Below are positions 1-9,685 of a stretch of DNA of 64,000 nt, piece after piece. The DNA lies in IMG/VR virus record IMGVR_UViG_3300020203_000404, positions 64,001 through 128,000 of that record. The stretch is one strand, 5' to 3'. The notes beneath the pieces were generated by a model that did not search any database, was not told the origin of the DNA, and worked only from the letters and a program-made list of their open reading frames with translations. Numbering within the stretch: position 1 is the first letter of the stretch; each line of letters opens with the position of its first letter. A program made the translations under genes and the position numbers. Origin of the DNA: a virus.

Positions 1-2
1 AC

Positions 3-299
3 TTGAACGGTACGGCTTCAAGTGCAGCGGGAGTCGTGCCCGTTGAAATCACTGCGGTAGCAAACCAAGGATCGCCGCTCGCCAAGGCCATCTGTCGTCC
101 GCTTGACCACAACGGTCAAGTGGTGACATCTGGAACGCTGTACGCGGACGTGGTGCCCATTCCGTATCCTCAGTTCGCCGCATCTGGTGATAGAGGGTTC
201 TTGGCACAGGCTATCGTGCCAAGTGGCATGGGTGGACTTGCTACAGTAAACTTCATCGAAATCGTTCGTCCTGCAATGCAGAACTTCGGTATCTTCTAA
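3..299 (+). CDS. C-terminal fragment of putative virion structural protein (runs off window start)
   Basis: Open from the window edge; A/G/S/T/V-rich and charge-poor; stop overlaps next ATG (TAATG). Confidence 0.45.
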   Translation: MNGTASSAAGVVPVEITAVANQGSPLAKAICRPLDHNGQVVTSGTLYADVVPIPYPQFAASGDRGFLAQAIVPSGMGGLATVNFIEIVRPAMQNFGIF

Positions 300-2221
300 T
301 GCCAGTGCTCCAGTCAGGAGTTATTCCGTATGGGTATGTTGTGCCCGGTCCAGTCAAGACAGCGACACACGCACCCGGCAGTTTCCTTCAACCATCTGGT
401 TTGCTTTTCGAGCAAGCCGCATGGGTGTTGATGGCAGAACTACGTCGTTACAACGCTTCGGGCATGTTCAACACAGCGGAAGTGGTTGGTATTCCAACAC
501 TCAACAACTACCCAGATCGTCGTTTTCCAGTCAATGGATTGTATGATCCTTCGCCGATTGGAGCGAATCTTGGTTCGTACACGCCAGCGTTCTTGCAGAA
601 CTCAACTAACATCGGCAGCATCCGAAGCTTGATGTTGAACCTATTCTTTGGCCCAGCCGGTATTGGTGGTCTTGGTAGAGCCGTGGCTGAAGATTGGTTC
701 TTGGAAACGTTCCGTAATCATCCACGCGGCACAGTATCCAATCCATTTTTCAGTCAGGACATTTTTGCTCATCCAATTTCAGAAAATGGTACGGCGGTCG
801 TTGGCGAGCTGCTTATTAATCCGTTAACGGAAGAAGATACTTTCTTTACCGGCAGGCCATATTATCCTTTGGGATCGTCTGGCGTGATATACGATATTGA
901 CATGTCCGAGTTGATGTATCAGCCGTGGCCACGACTGACGACCAATGCCTTTAGTAATGGAACTTCAATTTTTGGTGGCGGTTCAGCACCTATTTTTCCA
1001 CAATTTCAGACTACTGCTGGTGCATTAATTGCGGTAAGTAATGCTGGTTTTACAAAATTTTGGAATGATGGCAACTTTGCCATTCGCGGTGATTTAATTC
1101 TTCCGGGTACAGAACTACTCATTACTCAAGTAAATGATTTTAGTGCCGGTAATTTGATAGCACAGCTATCTTTTGTAGAGCCTGGATTAGCTCCATTGCC
1201 ATCATTTGACAACAATTTATCTACAATCGCAGAGGGGGCGTTCACCCCCACTTCATTGGCTGCTGGATCATATAGAATGGGTATTCGTTTACCAAAATCA
1301 GTCAACGTCAACGTTGTAATACCATCTGGTATTCGCACATCTGTATTTCCAGTTATCAATTTGACAACTGATACTGGATTACATGTTTTTAGTGACGCAC
1401 TTTTCTTAGAAACCAATACAGCAGCCGCCGTTCTCTCTCCTATTACGCAGGATTTTAAACACGATTGCTTAGCAGAGGGTACAATTGCAGCCCCCACATG
1501 GCGACAGGTCATGGGTCTAGTACGTGTGACGGCTAATGAACTAGTCAAGACTGGTAGTGCTGTTCATCAGACGGCGTTCAACATAGCGACCGGGGAACAG
1601 ACGCTTGATATTGGGTTTGTAACATTTGATGATGTTGTCAATCGCGTATCTGTCGCTTCTGGTTCCGTTGTTTTGCCAACAGATGATGGTCTCGGCTTCC
1701 CACCATTTGCTAATCCGGCCCTTTTCGACGGATCTATACGATTATCAGATTGGTTTACTCATAACAACGCTGGCTATCTCATTGAAAAAAGTAGTACACG
1801 TATACATAGATTTACTGGGTCTCCCATGGCTTATGATAGTACCATTCATAATGTCACTCCCATATTCCCATTTGGAGGCTCTATGAATGGTGACCTATGG
1901 ACGTTCGGTGACACGGGAGACAATCGTTTTTTGAATGTGACTGGTGGATTTGTCACAAAAACATTTGACGTGACAACAAATTTTCCAGCATTAAGTACAA
2001 CCAATCTTATCCTGCATAGCGTATGGCAAGTTTCTGGTGCAGTAAATGTGACTAATGGAATTTATGTCTTGTGGAGTGCTACATCTGGTGGATTACGCAC
2101 ATATAAAATTTCACGCATGATTGAACGAGCGACAACATTTGAAGTGCTTCAAAATCTTGTGTCAAAAGCGACAGGCACAACCCTGAGGGACAACACACAT
2201 ATTTGGTGGAGGACCATTTAG
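299..2221 (+). CDS. Putative virion structural/tail-associated protein (640 aa)
   Basis: Long ORF with G/T/S/N/F-rich beta-type composition and few Lys/Glu; no enzyme motif recognised. Confidence 0.5.
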   Translation: MPVLQSGVIPYGYVVPGPVKTATHAPGSFLQPSGLLFEQAAWVLMAELRRYNASGMFNTAEVVGIPTLNNYPDRRFPVNGLYDPSPIGANLGSYTPAFLQNSTNIGSIRSLMLNLFFGPAGIGGLGRAVAEDWFLETFRNHPRGTVSNPFFSQDIFAHPISENGTAVVGELLINPLTEEDTFFTGRPYYPLGSSGVIYDIDMSELMYQPWPRLTTNAFSNGTSIFGGGSAPIFPQFQTTAGALIAVSNAGFTKFWNDGNFAIRGDLILPGTELLITQVNDFSAGNLIAQLSFVEPGLAPLPSFDNNLSTIAEGAFTPTSLAAGSYRMGIRLPKSVNVNVVIPSGIRTSVFPVINLTTDTGLHVFSDALFLETNTAAAVLSPITQDFKHDCLAEGTIAAPTWRQVMGLVRVTANELVKTGSAVHQTAFNIATGEQTLDIGFVTFDDVVNRVSVASGSVVLPTDDGLGFPPFANPALFDGSIRLSDWFTHNNAGYLIEKSSTRIHRFTGSPMAYDSTIHNVTPIFPFGGSMNGDLWTFGDTGDNRFLNVTGGFVTKTFDVTTNFPALSTTNLILHSVWQVSGAVNVTNGIYVLWSATSGGLRTYKISRMIERATTFEVLQNLVSKATGTTLRDNTHIWWRTI

Positions 2222-2227
2222 TGTATT
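2218..2227 (+). promoter_or_regulatory. TTAGTGTA(T/A)T motif, candidate phage late promoter
   Basis: TTAGTGTATT; the same 10-mer class recurs upstream of genes at 41385, 42739 and 53177(-). Confidence 0.4.
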
Positions 2228-2392
2228 GTCCATAGCGTTGGTATCCACCATAGCTTACTCGGCTCAAGACGTTCCCGCATAGGGATAGCTACAGCCATTT
2301 TAAGGCCGTAGTATGTCTAACTTAGATTTGTGTCCGAATCGAGTCAAGGGGCGTAAACTCTTGGCGTGTGCCGATCAGAAAGAGGTAGCATT

Positions 2393-3052
2393 ATGGTAAG
2401 CGGAATTCGTTTTTTTGCATGCTCTGGTGCTATGGGCGGTACGCCCAGTACACGAGCGACACCCAATCTTGAGATTTTCAATCTCGAAGCTGGAGCTACA
2501 AACAACCCCAATCGTATGGGCTTTTTCGGATCCGCTGGTGCTCCGAATAGTGCCGTGATTGTTGGTCGGTACCAAGATCGCACTCACCGTTGTGACGAGA
2601 CTGGCGTTGACTTCGGCACGATGATCAACGTTAAGTTTACGGGAGCAAGCACTGCTAGTGTATCTGGCGTGCCATTTACAGCCGGTCTCACTAACATTCC
2701 TTCGATTTCTGGAACGCTTTTGTGTCGTTTCATCGAGCCGAACAACACTGCTGTCGTCACGCAGAATGCAACATTCCGTGCTATTGGCTTGACGCCTGGG
2801 TCTGGTGCTCCAGACGTTGACAATCTCGTGAGTGCTGGTATTTTGATCAAGGCCGCTCAACTTCAAGATACGCAAGGCTTTGCTGGAAATGCTTCGTGGC
2901 AAAACATTGACAGTAGCGGCTCTGCACTAGCTCTTCAAGCTCAGTTGAGTGCTCAATCAGTTCATGACTACCATCTTATTATCAGTGGTACGCCGACTGC
3001 TGCTGGACGTAAGATCAACTTTGCGTACTTGTTATTGTTAGAGTATTTGTAA
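2393..3052 (+). CDS. Putative virion structural protein
   Basis: ATG at 2393 preceded by AGAGGT SD; G/A/S/T-rich; 7 Ser-Gly dipeptides. Confidence 0.5.
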   Translation: MVSGIRFFACSGAMGGTPSTRATPNLEIFNLEAGATNNPNRMGFFGSAGAPNSAVIVGRYQDRTHRCDETGVDFGTMINVKFTGASTASVSGVPFTAGLTNIPSISGTLLCRFIEPNNTAVVTQNATFRAIGLTPGSGAPDVDNLVSAGILIKAAQLQDTQGFAGNASWQNIDSSGSALALQAQLSAQSVHDYHLIISGTPTAAGRKINFAYLLLLEYL

Positions 3053-3104
3053 GCAACGTCCAGAGGCGTTAAACTCTATCTTGATGCGTGGCAACATTTT
3101 GTGA

Positions 3105-3133
3105 TAGACGAGTCTATGTCTGTTGGTCATAAT
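3105..3133 (+). promoter_or_regulatory. sigma70-like promoter of replication operon (TAGACG-N17-CATAAT)
   Basis: Identical -35/-10 pair at 62664-62636(-); near-identical pair at 40406-40433. Confidence 0.6.
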
Positions 3134-3164
3134 GTAGTGTCAATCACGAAGATGATTTTCACTC

Positions 3165-3632
3165 GTGGACATGATCAATATGCTGGCATTCTCTTCAAAA
3201 CATCCATTTGTTCCTAATCCTGCGAAGGATCCGACCGTTAGTCGTTGGATTGCCTCCCTCTCTGACGGTACAACCGTTTTCGAGGACGTTATGCCAGGAG
3301 AACGAACGGCCTGGGTTCGTCTTAGCGAGTACGTTAAGGTTCATAAGCTCAAGCTCACGAATCTACGACTAGAAGCGTACAGTCGTCGTGTTATACTTAT
3401 GCCTTATCGAGACGATAGTGGCAATCCCCAGATTAATGGCTACTGGCAATCCAAGAAGGCTGGGGCATTGCTGAATGCAACACAGGTCGGCCAGATTAAT
3501 TGGGTTGGCATTGGTCTGATTAAAGGTCGCGAAATTCATGTGACGTGGATTGATCATGCTGGCAACGTCTCCTACGAAATAAAGCCGTACAGCGAGACTA
3601 ATCTCGCGTGCATAGTGAACGACGCAGTATGA
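3165..3632 (+). CDS. Hypothetical protein
   Basis: First ORF of a tightly coupled operon; ATGA overlap with next gene. Confidence 0.6.
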   Translation: MDMINMLAFSSKHPFVPNPAKDPTVSRWIASLSDGTTVFEDVMPGERTAWVRLSEYVKVHKLKLTNLRLEAYSRRVILMPYRDDSGNPQINGYWQSKKAGALLNATQVGQINWVGIGLIKGREIHVTWIDHAGNVSYEIKPYSETNLACIVNDAV

Positions 3633-4066
3633 AGTACGAGTCGCTTACAACGCCCGGAATTGAGCATGATGAAGCCAATATTCTCACGGAGATGCTGTGG
3701 CTGAATCGTGATCTACGCTCAGCCATCTTCCCGTGGCGTGGCGACAACGGCAAAGAGTGGGGTCGATTCGTCGCGGCCTTCAAGAAGCTCATGGGGCCAT
3801 CGTTTGGCCTATCCTCCGAGCAACTTGCTTTCTACGTTTTCAAGTGTAAGCCGCACTACATAAATCCACCAGAGTTTGCCAAGATGGCTGTCGTAGCCCG
3901 CAAGCTGTTTAGACGCTATAACATAGACGAAGTATGTAGACTCTATTCCGATCAACGCCGCGAGTCCATGAAGCCCGGACTTGAAAAGGCGTCATACAAG
4001 CAAGAAAAACCGAAGTCATTCCTGACTTTTTTGAAGGAGCTAGAACGTGGCGAAGTCAAAGACTGA
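3629..4066 (+). CDS. Hypothetical protein
   Basis: ATG at 3629 overlaps upstream TGA; 3' end overlaps recA start. Confidence 0.6.
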   Translation: MKYESLTTPGIEHDEANILTEMLWLNRDLRSAIFPWRGDNGKEWGRFVAAFKKLMGPSFGLSSEQLAFYVFKCKPHYINPPEFAKMAVVARKLFRRYNIDEVCRLYSDQRRESMKPGLEKASYKQEKPKSFLTFLKELERGEVKD

Positions 4067-5213
4067 TAAGCAGCCCAATATTCCCGCACAAGTTTCGCTT
4101 GAGTTCTTTAGTGGTGAACTAAGCAACGAAGAAACGGGCGTGTATGTTGTTGGTGCCAACGCAATGGAAGATCCGCCGGGCAATGAAAGCGGATCGTATA
4201 CCCTAGACTACGACCTAGTTGTTCCATTTCCAGCGGGTCGCATTACCGAACTTTATGGAGATGAGGGTACGGGCAAGACAACTATCATTCTTGAAATTAT
4301 AGGAAGAGCGTTGTCTACTGATCCGACTAAGCGATGCATGTTTGTCAATATGGAGAAGAGCCTGAATGTTTCGCTCATGAGGACGATTCGTAGTCTACGT
4401 CCATTCGTGGAAGAGGCTGTCTCGAAAAAGAATGATTGTCGTTTTTGGATCGTCAATACTACAAATGGTGAACAAGCCCTTGAGGCGATGCGTCAGTTTG
4501 CTGCCATGTGTCCAGGTGGCATTGCTGCTCTTGACTCTATTGATGCGGCACAACCTGAGACTGTTTTGTCTGGTGCTATTGGCGAGAACCGAGTTGGTAA
4601 TCATGGTAAGTTAATGTCTGATGCTATGCGTAAACTTATCGGTGTAGCCGAACAGAACAATGTTGCGTTAATCTTTACCAATCAAACTCGTAGCAAGATT
4701 ACGTTGTATGGCGATCCAACTACAACGCCGGGTGGTGCTGCCGTTGCATTCTATGCGTCTCAACGTATTCGTCTTAAGAAGCCAACTAAGGCAGATATGA
4801 TTACGATGGCGGATGGTCACATTATTGGCAAGCTGATCAATTATAAGGTGGTCAAGAATAAGTTTGCACCAGAGGGGGCAGAAAATGCCGTACCTCTACT
4901 CTATAATAGCGGTATTTTTCGCGAGCAAGAACTTGTGATTCAGTGCTGTAACTTTGGTATCTTGCGTTTGGGTGGCAAGGGTGGCAAACAAGTTTATTTG
5001 CCCAAGCTAGATCGTGCCACCAATGAATTCGTCAAGAAAGATGCTACGGAACTAGATGGTACATGGATGTCTCAATTCAATGCGTCACGCAAATTATTGC
5101 TTGATCCGGCATTGACGCTTAAGCTTGATCAACAGTTAAAAGCATTCCTTAAGACGGACGCACGCCATGATGTTTTAGATGATCTTACAGATGAAGTTTC
5201 TGACCCTCAGTAA
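4047..5213 (+). CDS. recA: RecA/UvsX-like recombinase
   Basis: GRITELYGDEGTGKTT Walker A, ALDSI Walker B, IFTNQTRSKI...TTPGG..VAFYASQRIRL signature, KVVKNK; AAGGAG SD before GTG. Confidence 0.93.
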   Translation: MAKSKTDKQPNIPAQVSLEFFSGELSNEETGVYVVGANAMEDPPGNESGSYTLDYDLVVPFPAGRITELYGDEGTGKTTIILEIIGRALSTDPTKRCMFVNMEKSLNVSLMRTIRSLRPFVEEAVSKKNDCRFWIVNTTNGEQALEAMRQFAAMCPGGIAALDSIDAAQPETVLSGAIGENRVGNHGKLMSDAMRKLIGVAEQNNVALIFTNQTRSKITLYGDPTTTPGGAAVAFYASQRIRLKKPTKADMITMADGHIIGKLINYKVVKNKFAPEGAENAVPLLYNSGIFREQELVIQCCNFGILRLGGKGGKQVYLPKLDRATNEFVKKDATELDGTWMSQFNASRKLLLDPALTLKLDQQLKAFLKTDARHDVLDDLTDEVSDPQ

Positions 5214-5613
5214 AAAAGAAGTGCGTCTTGAGATTCTGCCGAGTAAGTATCCTGTTCGGTCCAGAACTCAGTCTAAGTCTATAGGTCAGTACAATCTGGG
5301 ACGTGCTATCCGTTCTATTTATGGTACGCAAGCTTTAGTTTTAGAAGAGTTTCCTATTCCAGAAGAAAGACTTTTGCTTGACTTTTATATGCCACACAAC
5401 AATCTTGCATTTGAGTTTCAGGGTGTACAACACGACATTTTCAACAAATTCTTTCATGGCGATAAAGATGGCTTCGAGCGTTCAAGGGGCAGGGATCAAC
5501 GTAAGCGAGACTGGTGCGTGCTCAATAAAATCCTATTGATTGAAGTGCGTGACACACTTTCTACTGATGAACTCAAAGATTTGATTCAATCGAACAGGGA
5601 AGACGATGAGTAA
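5191..5613 (+). CDS. DUF559/Vsr-like PD-(D/E)XK endonuclease
   Basis: LDFYMP..NLAFEFQGVQH...RDQRKRDWC..NKILLIEV pattern. Confidence 0.65.
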   Translation: MKFLTLSKKEVRLEILPSKYPVRSRTQSKSIGQYNLGRAIRSIYGTQALVLEEFPIPEERLLLDFYMPHNNLAFEFQGVQHDIFNKFFHGDKDGFERSRGRDQRKRDWCVLNKILLIEVRDTLSTDELKDLIQSNREDDE

Positions 5614-7108
5614 TATTGCCGCCGAGCAGGTCTTTTTGGCCGGGGTTATCGCGAACCCAACCAAACTATTTGATTATCTAGACTATCTAGATGATACAGA
5701 TTTTCAGCACTCAGCCACGAAGATGACATTCGAGGCTTTGCGTTCGTTGGTTCTGAATAAGGAAGCAACTAACATCACGAAGTCCAAGCTGGTAGCGGAG
5801 GCCAAAGCTCTTGGTCACCAGAACTATCTATCAGCCACCAAGGATGGGGCGTGGATTGATGAACTCTATAGGGAAAAAGTTGGTGAACAAGAACTAACCG
5901 ACCTCTTCCTAGAGATTAAGCGTCAGACACTTAAAGGTAGTTACAGGCGTGCCTTTGAAGACACCAACAACTATCTGACAACTACGTCTGATCCTTTGTC
6001 GATCATGATTGGTAAGGTCGAAGATGCGATCATTAGCCAAGTTAATACACTTGATCGTGGCGAAAACGCTCCTGTACTCCTGACCAAAGGCATTTTCGAG
6101 TTCATTGACGCACTCGCGAACGATCCTGGAAATTTAGGAATAGATTTGGGTTTCCCAATATGGCAAGATCGTGTGGGTCAATTCAGAAACGGGTCTGTAA
6201 CTTTTGTGGTGGCTACAGCTAAGGCTGGTAAGTCGCAGTTTGCGTTACGTGCAGCCCTCAATACAGCCCGGAAAGGACTGCCGGTCATCTTGTGTGATAG
6301 TGAACTTAACAAGAATGATCAACAGATTCGTCTTGTGGCCCTGATGGCTCGTGTACCATTCCAGTACATTGAAACTGGTTTTTGGAAGATGACCCCAGAG
6401 CAGTTGAAGTTTCATGGAGTAACTGATGAGCAGCAGATTTCGCACATTATGGAATGTGGTCGCCGCATTCGTGACCCTGAGTTACGTGAGCGTGTTTTGG
6501 CCTTACCTATTACATACCAATCTATTTCGGGCATGGATGTATCTGCCGTCATTCCGCATCTACGTCGCTGGATTCTAAAAGACGTTAAGCCAGACCGCAC
6601 TACAAAGAATGCACAGTGTTTAGTAGTCTACGACTACATTAAGTTGGCGACCGTTTCTGAACTTAAGGCTAATCATAATTTAGCTGAGTGGCAGATGCAC
6701 GGTATCAACGTAGCGTTGTTACATGACACGATGAAGAAGTATAACATTCCTTGTCTGGCGTTTGGTCAGACAAATAATGAGGTTGACGAAGGCATCAAGT
6801 GTGTTGCTGGTGGTAAGCGTATTAGCGAAAACGTTACGTCGGTGAGTTACCTTAAAAGAAAGACAGATGATGAAAGAGCGTTTGACGGCAATGGTTCTCA
6901 CTATTTACGAGTATTTGTTACCCGTTATGGTGCGGGTACACCGACTGGTCACATCAATTTTGACGCTGATTTGAGTTGTGGTGATTTCAAAGAGATCGGC
7001 CTTAGTACCGTGAACTTCAATGAAGAGCGTCAAAAGCGGTTAGATCAGTTTAAGAAGAGTCGTGACGTAGCCTCCAAGAGAAAGGGTGCCGATGATGAAG
7101 ATGACTGA
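5606..7108 (+). CDS. dnaB: DnaB-like replicative helicase
   Basis: N-terminal AAEQVFLAGVI; Walker A-like VVATAKAGKS; DSEL; VVYDYIKL; FGQTN; TRYG; adjacent to primase. Confidence 0.85.
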   Translation: MSNIAAEQVFLAGVIANPTKLFDYLDYLDDTDFQHSATKMTFEALRSLVLNKEATNITKSKLVAEAKALGHQNYLSATKDGAWIDELYREKVGEQELTDLFLEIKRQTLKGSYRRAFEDTNNYLTTTSDPLSIMIGKVEDAIISQVNTLDRGENAPVLLTKGIFEFIDALANDPGNLGIDLGFPIWQDRVGQFRNGSVTFVVATAKAGKSQFALRAALNTARKGLPVILCDSELNKNDQQIRLVALMARVPFQYIETGFWKMTPEQLKFHGVTDEQQISHIMECGRRIRDPELRERVLALPITYQSISGMDVSAVIPHLRRWILKDVKPDRTTKNAQCLVVYDYIKLATVSELKANHNLAEWQMHGINVALLHDTMKKYNIPCLAFGQTNNEVDEGIKCVAGGKRISENVTSVSYLKRKTDDERAFDGNGSHYLRVFVTRYGAGTPTGHINFDADLSCGDFKEIGLSTVNFNEERQKRLDQFKKSRDVASKRKGADDEDD

Positions 7109-8147
7109 AAACGAAAAAGTGGCTTTACGTAATCACGCAAATCGCAACATTACTTATCTACTTGATAAGCTTGCAATCAACTATACCGATCGTGGAGATG
7201 GTCTTATTCAGTCATGTTGCAAGTGTCAACAACATGGTGGAAATCGTGATAATCCCACCGCCTTTAGTTGGCGTCCAGGTCTCGGCAGGTGGGTGTGTTG
7301 GACTCATCACTGCGAAGAGTCACGAGGCAACGACATTTTTGGTCTTGTAGGTAGCATTCTCGGCATCAATTTTCTCGGCACTTCTAAGTGGATTCATGAT
7401 CGTCTATCTGAGAAGAGTATTGACGTAACTCAAGTCGCAGCCCCGCCCGAGAATCTTTATCGTGGAACGGCACTTCATACACATGAACCACTCAAGGAGG
7501 ATAATCTGCGTTTCTTGCAGATGGATCCCGAGTACCTGATTAAGCGTGGCTTTAGCAAGGAAGTACTAAGAGACTACAACGCTGGATTGTGGCAACGTCC
7601 TGGAACATTCATGCATGATCGTGTAGTGTTTCCGATTCGAGACCATGATGGATTCTTGGTTGGCTATAGTGGCCGTACTATTCATTCAGAGAAATACTTC
7701 ACTGAGAAGGGTACCGAGTATCGCAAATGGATTCATGGTCGCAACTATAATCTATGGCCAAAGCGTGGCGAACTTTTGATTAGTTCATTGCTATTCAATC
7801 TCAATAGAGCAAAGCGTTTTATGGGTCAGCAGAGGAAGATGATCGTAGTAGAGGGGCCGCTTGATGGCATGAAGCTGGAAATGTCCGGCATTCATAACTG
7901 GGTAGCGACCCTCGGAACGACATTTTGTGTCAACCACAGAACTCTATTGGTTAAGTATGGCATTACTGACGTGTACGTCGCTTATGATGACGATGAAAAC
8001 GATGCCGGTGACAAGGGACTCACGAGACTTAAGCGTGTTGTTGGTGACATCTTTAACGTTCATCAAGTTGATCTTAATGGATCGCACGATTGCGGCGAAC
8101 TTTCTATCGAACAACTTCAACTCATTTTCAAGGGTGTAGGATGCTAA
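7101..8147 (+). CDS. dnaG: DnaG-type DNA primase (Zn finger + TOPRIM)
   Basis: CQQH...CWTHHC zinc finger; DRVVFPIRD..GFLVGYSGR; VVEGPLD; ATLGT; YDDD..DAG. Confidence 0.9.
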   Translation: MTENEKVALRNHANRNITYLLDKLAINYTDRGDGLIQSCCKCQQHGGNRDNPTAFSWRPGLGRWVCWTHHCEESRGNDIFGLVGSILGINFLGTSKWIHDRLSEKSIDVTQVAAPPENLYRGTALHTHEPLKEDNLRFLQMDPEYLIKRGFSKEVLRDYNAGLWQRPGTFMHDRVVFPIRDHDGFLVGYSGRTIHSEKYFTEKGTEYRKWIHGRNYNLWPKRGELLISSLLFNLNRAKRFMGQQRKMIVVEGPLDGMKLEMSGIHNWVATLGTTFCVNHRTLLVKYGITDVYVAYDDDENDAGDKGLTRLKRVVGDIFNVHQVDLNGSHDCGELSIEQLQLIFKGVGC

Positions 8148-9109
8148 AACTCAAATCATGTTCACCTAGCCGTATCAAGACGTATGACATGTGTAAGTTT
8201 AAATACTGGCTTACCTATAATTGCCCTGGTCTAAAGCTTAAGACAAATTGGGGGGCGGTACATGGATCTTTATTGCATGATGTCTTGGAGAATCTTGCTA
8301 ATGAAAATGATACAGATTGGATGAGTCGTCTGTACAGGGGGTATGCTGGTGAACTTGCTACGTTAGACCGCAATGGTCAGCCTGAGATTATGGAGTCACC
8401 TCTAGTCTGGGCGAAGACTAAAGACTATCATGACAAGAAGCCTTACTGTGATACCTGTCCATATAAGCAGGGCGATATATGTGGCATCTCTAAAGAGAAG
8501 CTTGATGATCTAACGGGCTGTCCACGGAACCTGTTTGATGGTTCGGTCAGTATGCTTGAGACGACCATTAAGAAGTATAGAAATGGCATTTGGGACAAGA
8601 TGCTTCGGGACGCGAAGGGCGTTCCTATCGGCACTGAGTATTCCTTTAATATCAAGCTTACAGGCACGGACGTTCCTCTGATCGGCATTATGGATCTCGT
8701 GATCGAAGAAGATCCCGAAACGATTCACATCATCGACTATAAGAGTGGTGCTTGGGTACAAAGTTATGCTGAGTGTCGCGAAGACATTCAAGTAAAGATC
8801 TATTCAATGGCGAGCCGTAAAGAGTTCATTGAAGACGTGAACAACAAGGGATACAAATACAAGAATGTCATGTTGACTTTCGACTACTTTACCAGCACCC
8901 CCATTACTATCGCTTTTACAGCGGAAGAGGATGCTGAGACAGAAATTTCGACAGTTAAAAAGATTCATGAGATTCAAGACACCAATTGGATTGATCGTAT
9001 TGTTCGTAGTAACGAAGACTTCTCTCAGCGTTGGGCTTGGAAGTGTAAGTCGCTTTGCGATACGGAAGTGTGTGCATCTAAGTGGACGGGAAAGTTCAAG
9101 ACGGAATGA
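8141..9109 (+). CDS. Cas4/AddB-like PD-(D/E)XK exonuclease
   Basis: SPSRIKTYDMC, GSLLH, GIMDLV, IIDYKSG, QVKIY; C-terminal CKSLCDTEVC. Confidence 0.82.
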   Translation: MLKLKSCSPSRIKTYDMCKFKYWLTYNCPGLKLKTNWGAVHGSLLHDVLENLANENDTDWMSRLYRGYAGELATLDRNGQPEIMESPLVWAKTKDYHDKKPYCDTCPYKQGDICGISKEKLDDLTGCPRNLFDGSVSMLETTIKKYRNGIWDKMLRDAKGVPIGTEYSFNIKLTGTDVPLIGIMDLVIEEDPETIHIIDYKSGAWVQSYAECREDIQVKIYSMASRKEFIEDVNNKGYKYKNVMLTFDYFTSTPITIAFTAEEDAETEISTVKKIHEIQDTNWIDRIVRSNEDFSQRWAWKCKSLCDTEVCASKWTGKFKTE

Positions 9110-9684
9110 TGGCACGAATTTCAAAAGATCTGATTGACGCATACTTTCAATATGGCGTTGACATTACCAATCGAAAAGTGTTCTTGTTTGACGACGTTGA
9201 TGCCAGCAGTATTGGTGCTGTCATTAAAGGTCTATATTTAATGGAGTCTCAATATTCAAATAAGCCAATTGAACTTTTTGTAGGCTCGTTTGGTGGATCT
9301 GAATATGATATGTTTGCCCTGTATGATGTATGTCGTACATTAGTGAGTCCCATTTATACTACAGCCATTGGCAAGTGTATGTCTGCGGCACCACTGCTTG
9401 TTGCCGCAGGCGAAAAAGGACATCGCTATGCTACTCCCAATACCTTTTTCATGGTTCATGAGTCATGGGAAGAATTTGGTGCCAAAAGAGTTGATGAGCT
9501 TGAATTGGACTTAAGGCACTATAGAGTTATGGGATCCAAGTGGGGTGAATTGATGGGTAAACACAGTAACAAAACTTCTAAGTTTTGGCTAGGTCTTTGT
9601 AAAAAATCTGGCGACACTTACTTTGACGCCGAACAGGCTTTAGAGTGGGGTTTGATTGATCACATTTGGGATGAGAAGGAGTGA
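9106..9684 (+). CDS. clpP: ClpP-like serine protease subunit
   Basis: RKVFL, IELFVGSFGG, GKCMSAA (Ser), FMVHE (His), DTYFDAEQALEWGLID (Asp). Confidence 0.88.
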   Translation: MMARISKDLIDAYFQYGVDITNRKVFLFDDVDASSIGAVIKGLYLMESQYSNKPIELFVGSFGGSEYDMFALYDVCRTLVSPIYTTAIGKCMSAAPLLVAAGEKGHRYATPNTFFMVHESWEEFGAKRVDELELDLRHYRVMGSKWGELMGKHSNKTSKFWLGLCKKSGDTYFDAEQALEWGLIDHIWDEKE

Positions 9685-9685
9685 T

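Noticed and set aside
4114-4127. 13/14 match of the omega-RNA guide (GTAAACTAAGCAAC) to recA (GTGAACTAAGCAAC)
   Set aside because: The mismatch is at seed position 3, the match ends at 14 nt, and the upstream TAGTG is not a TAM I recognise. It is compatible with chance; revisit only if a cognate TnpB/TldR is found.
8141-9109. CRISPR-Cas system
   Set aside because: No repeat-spacer array or other cas genes seen.
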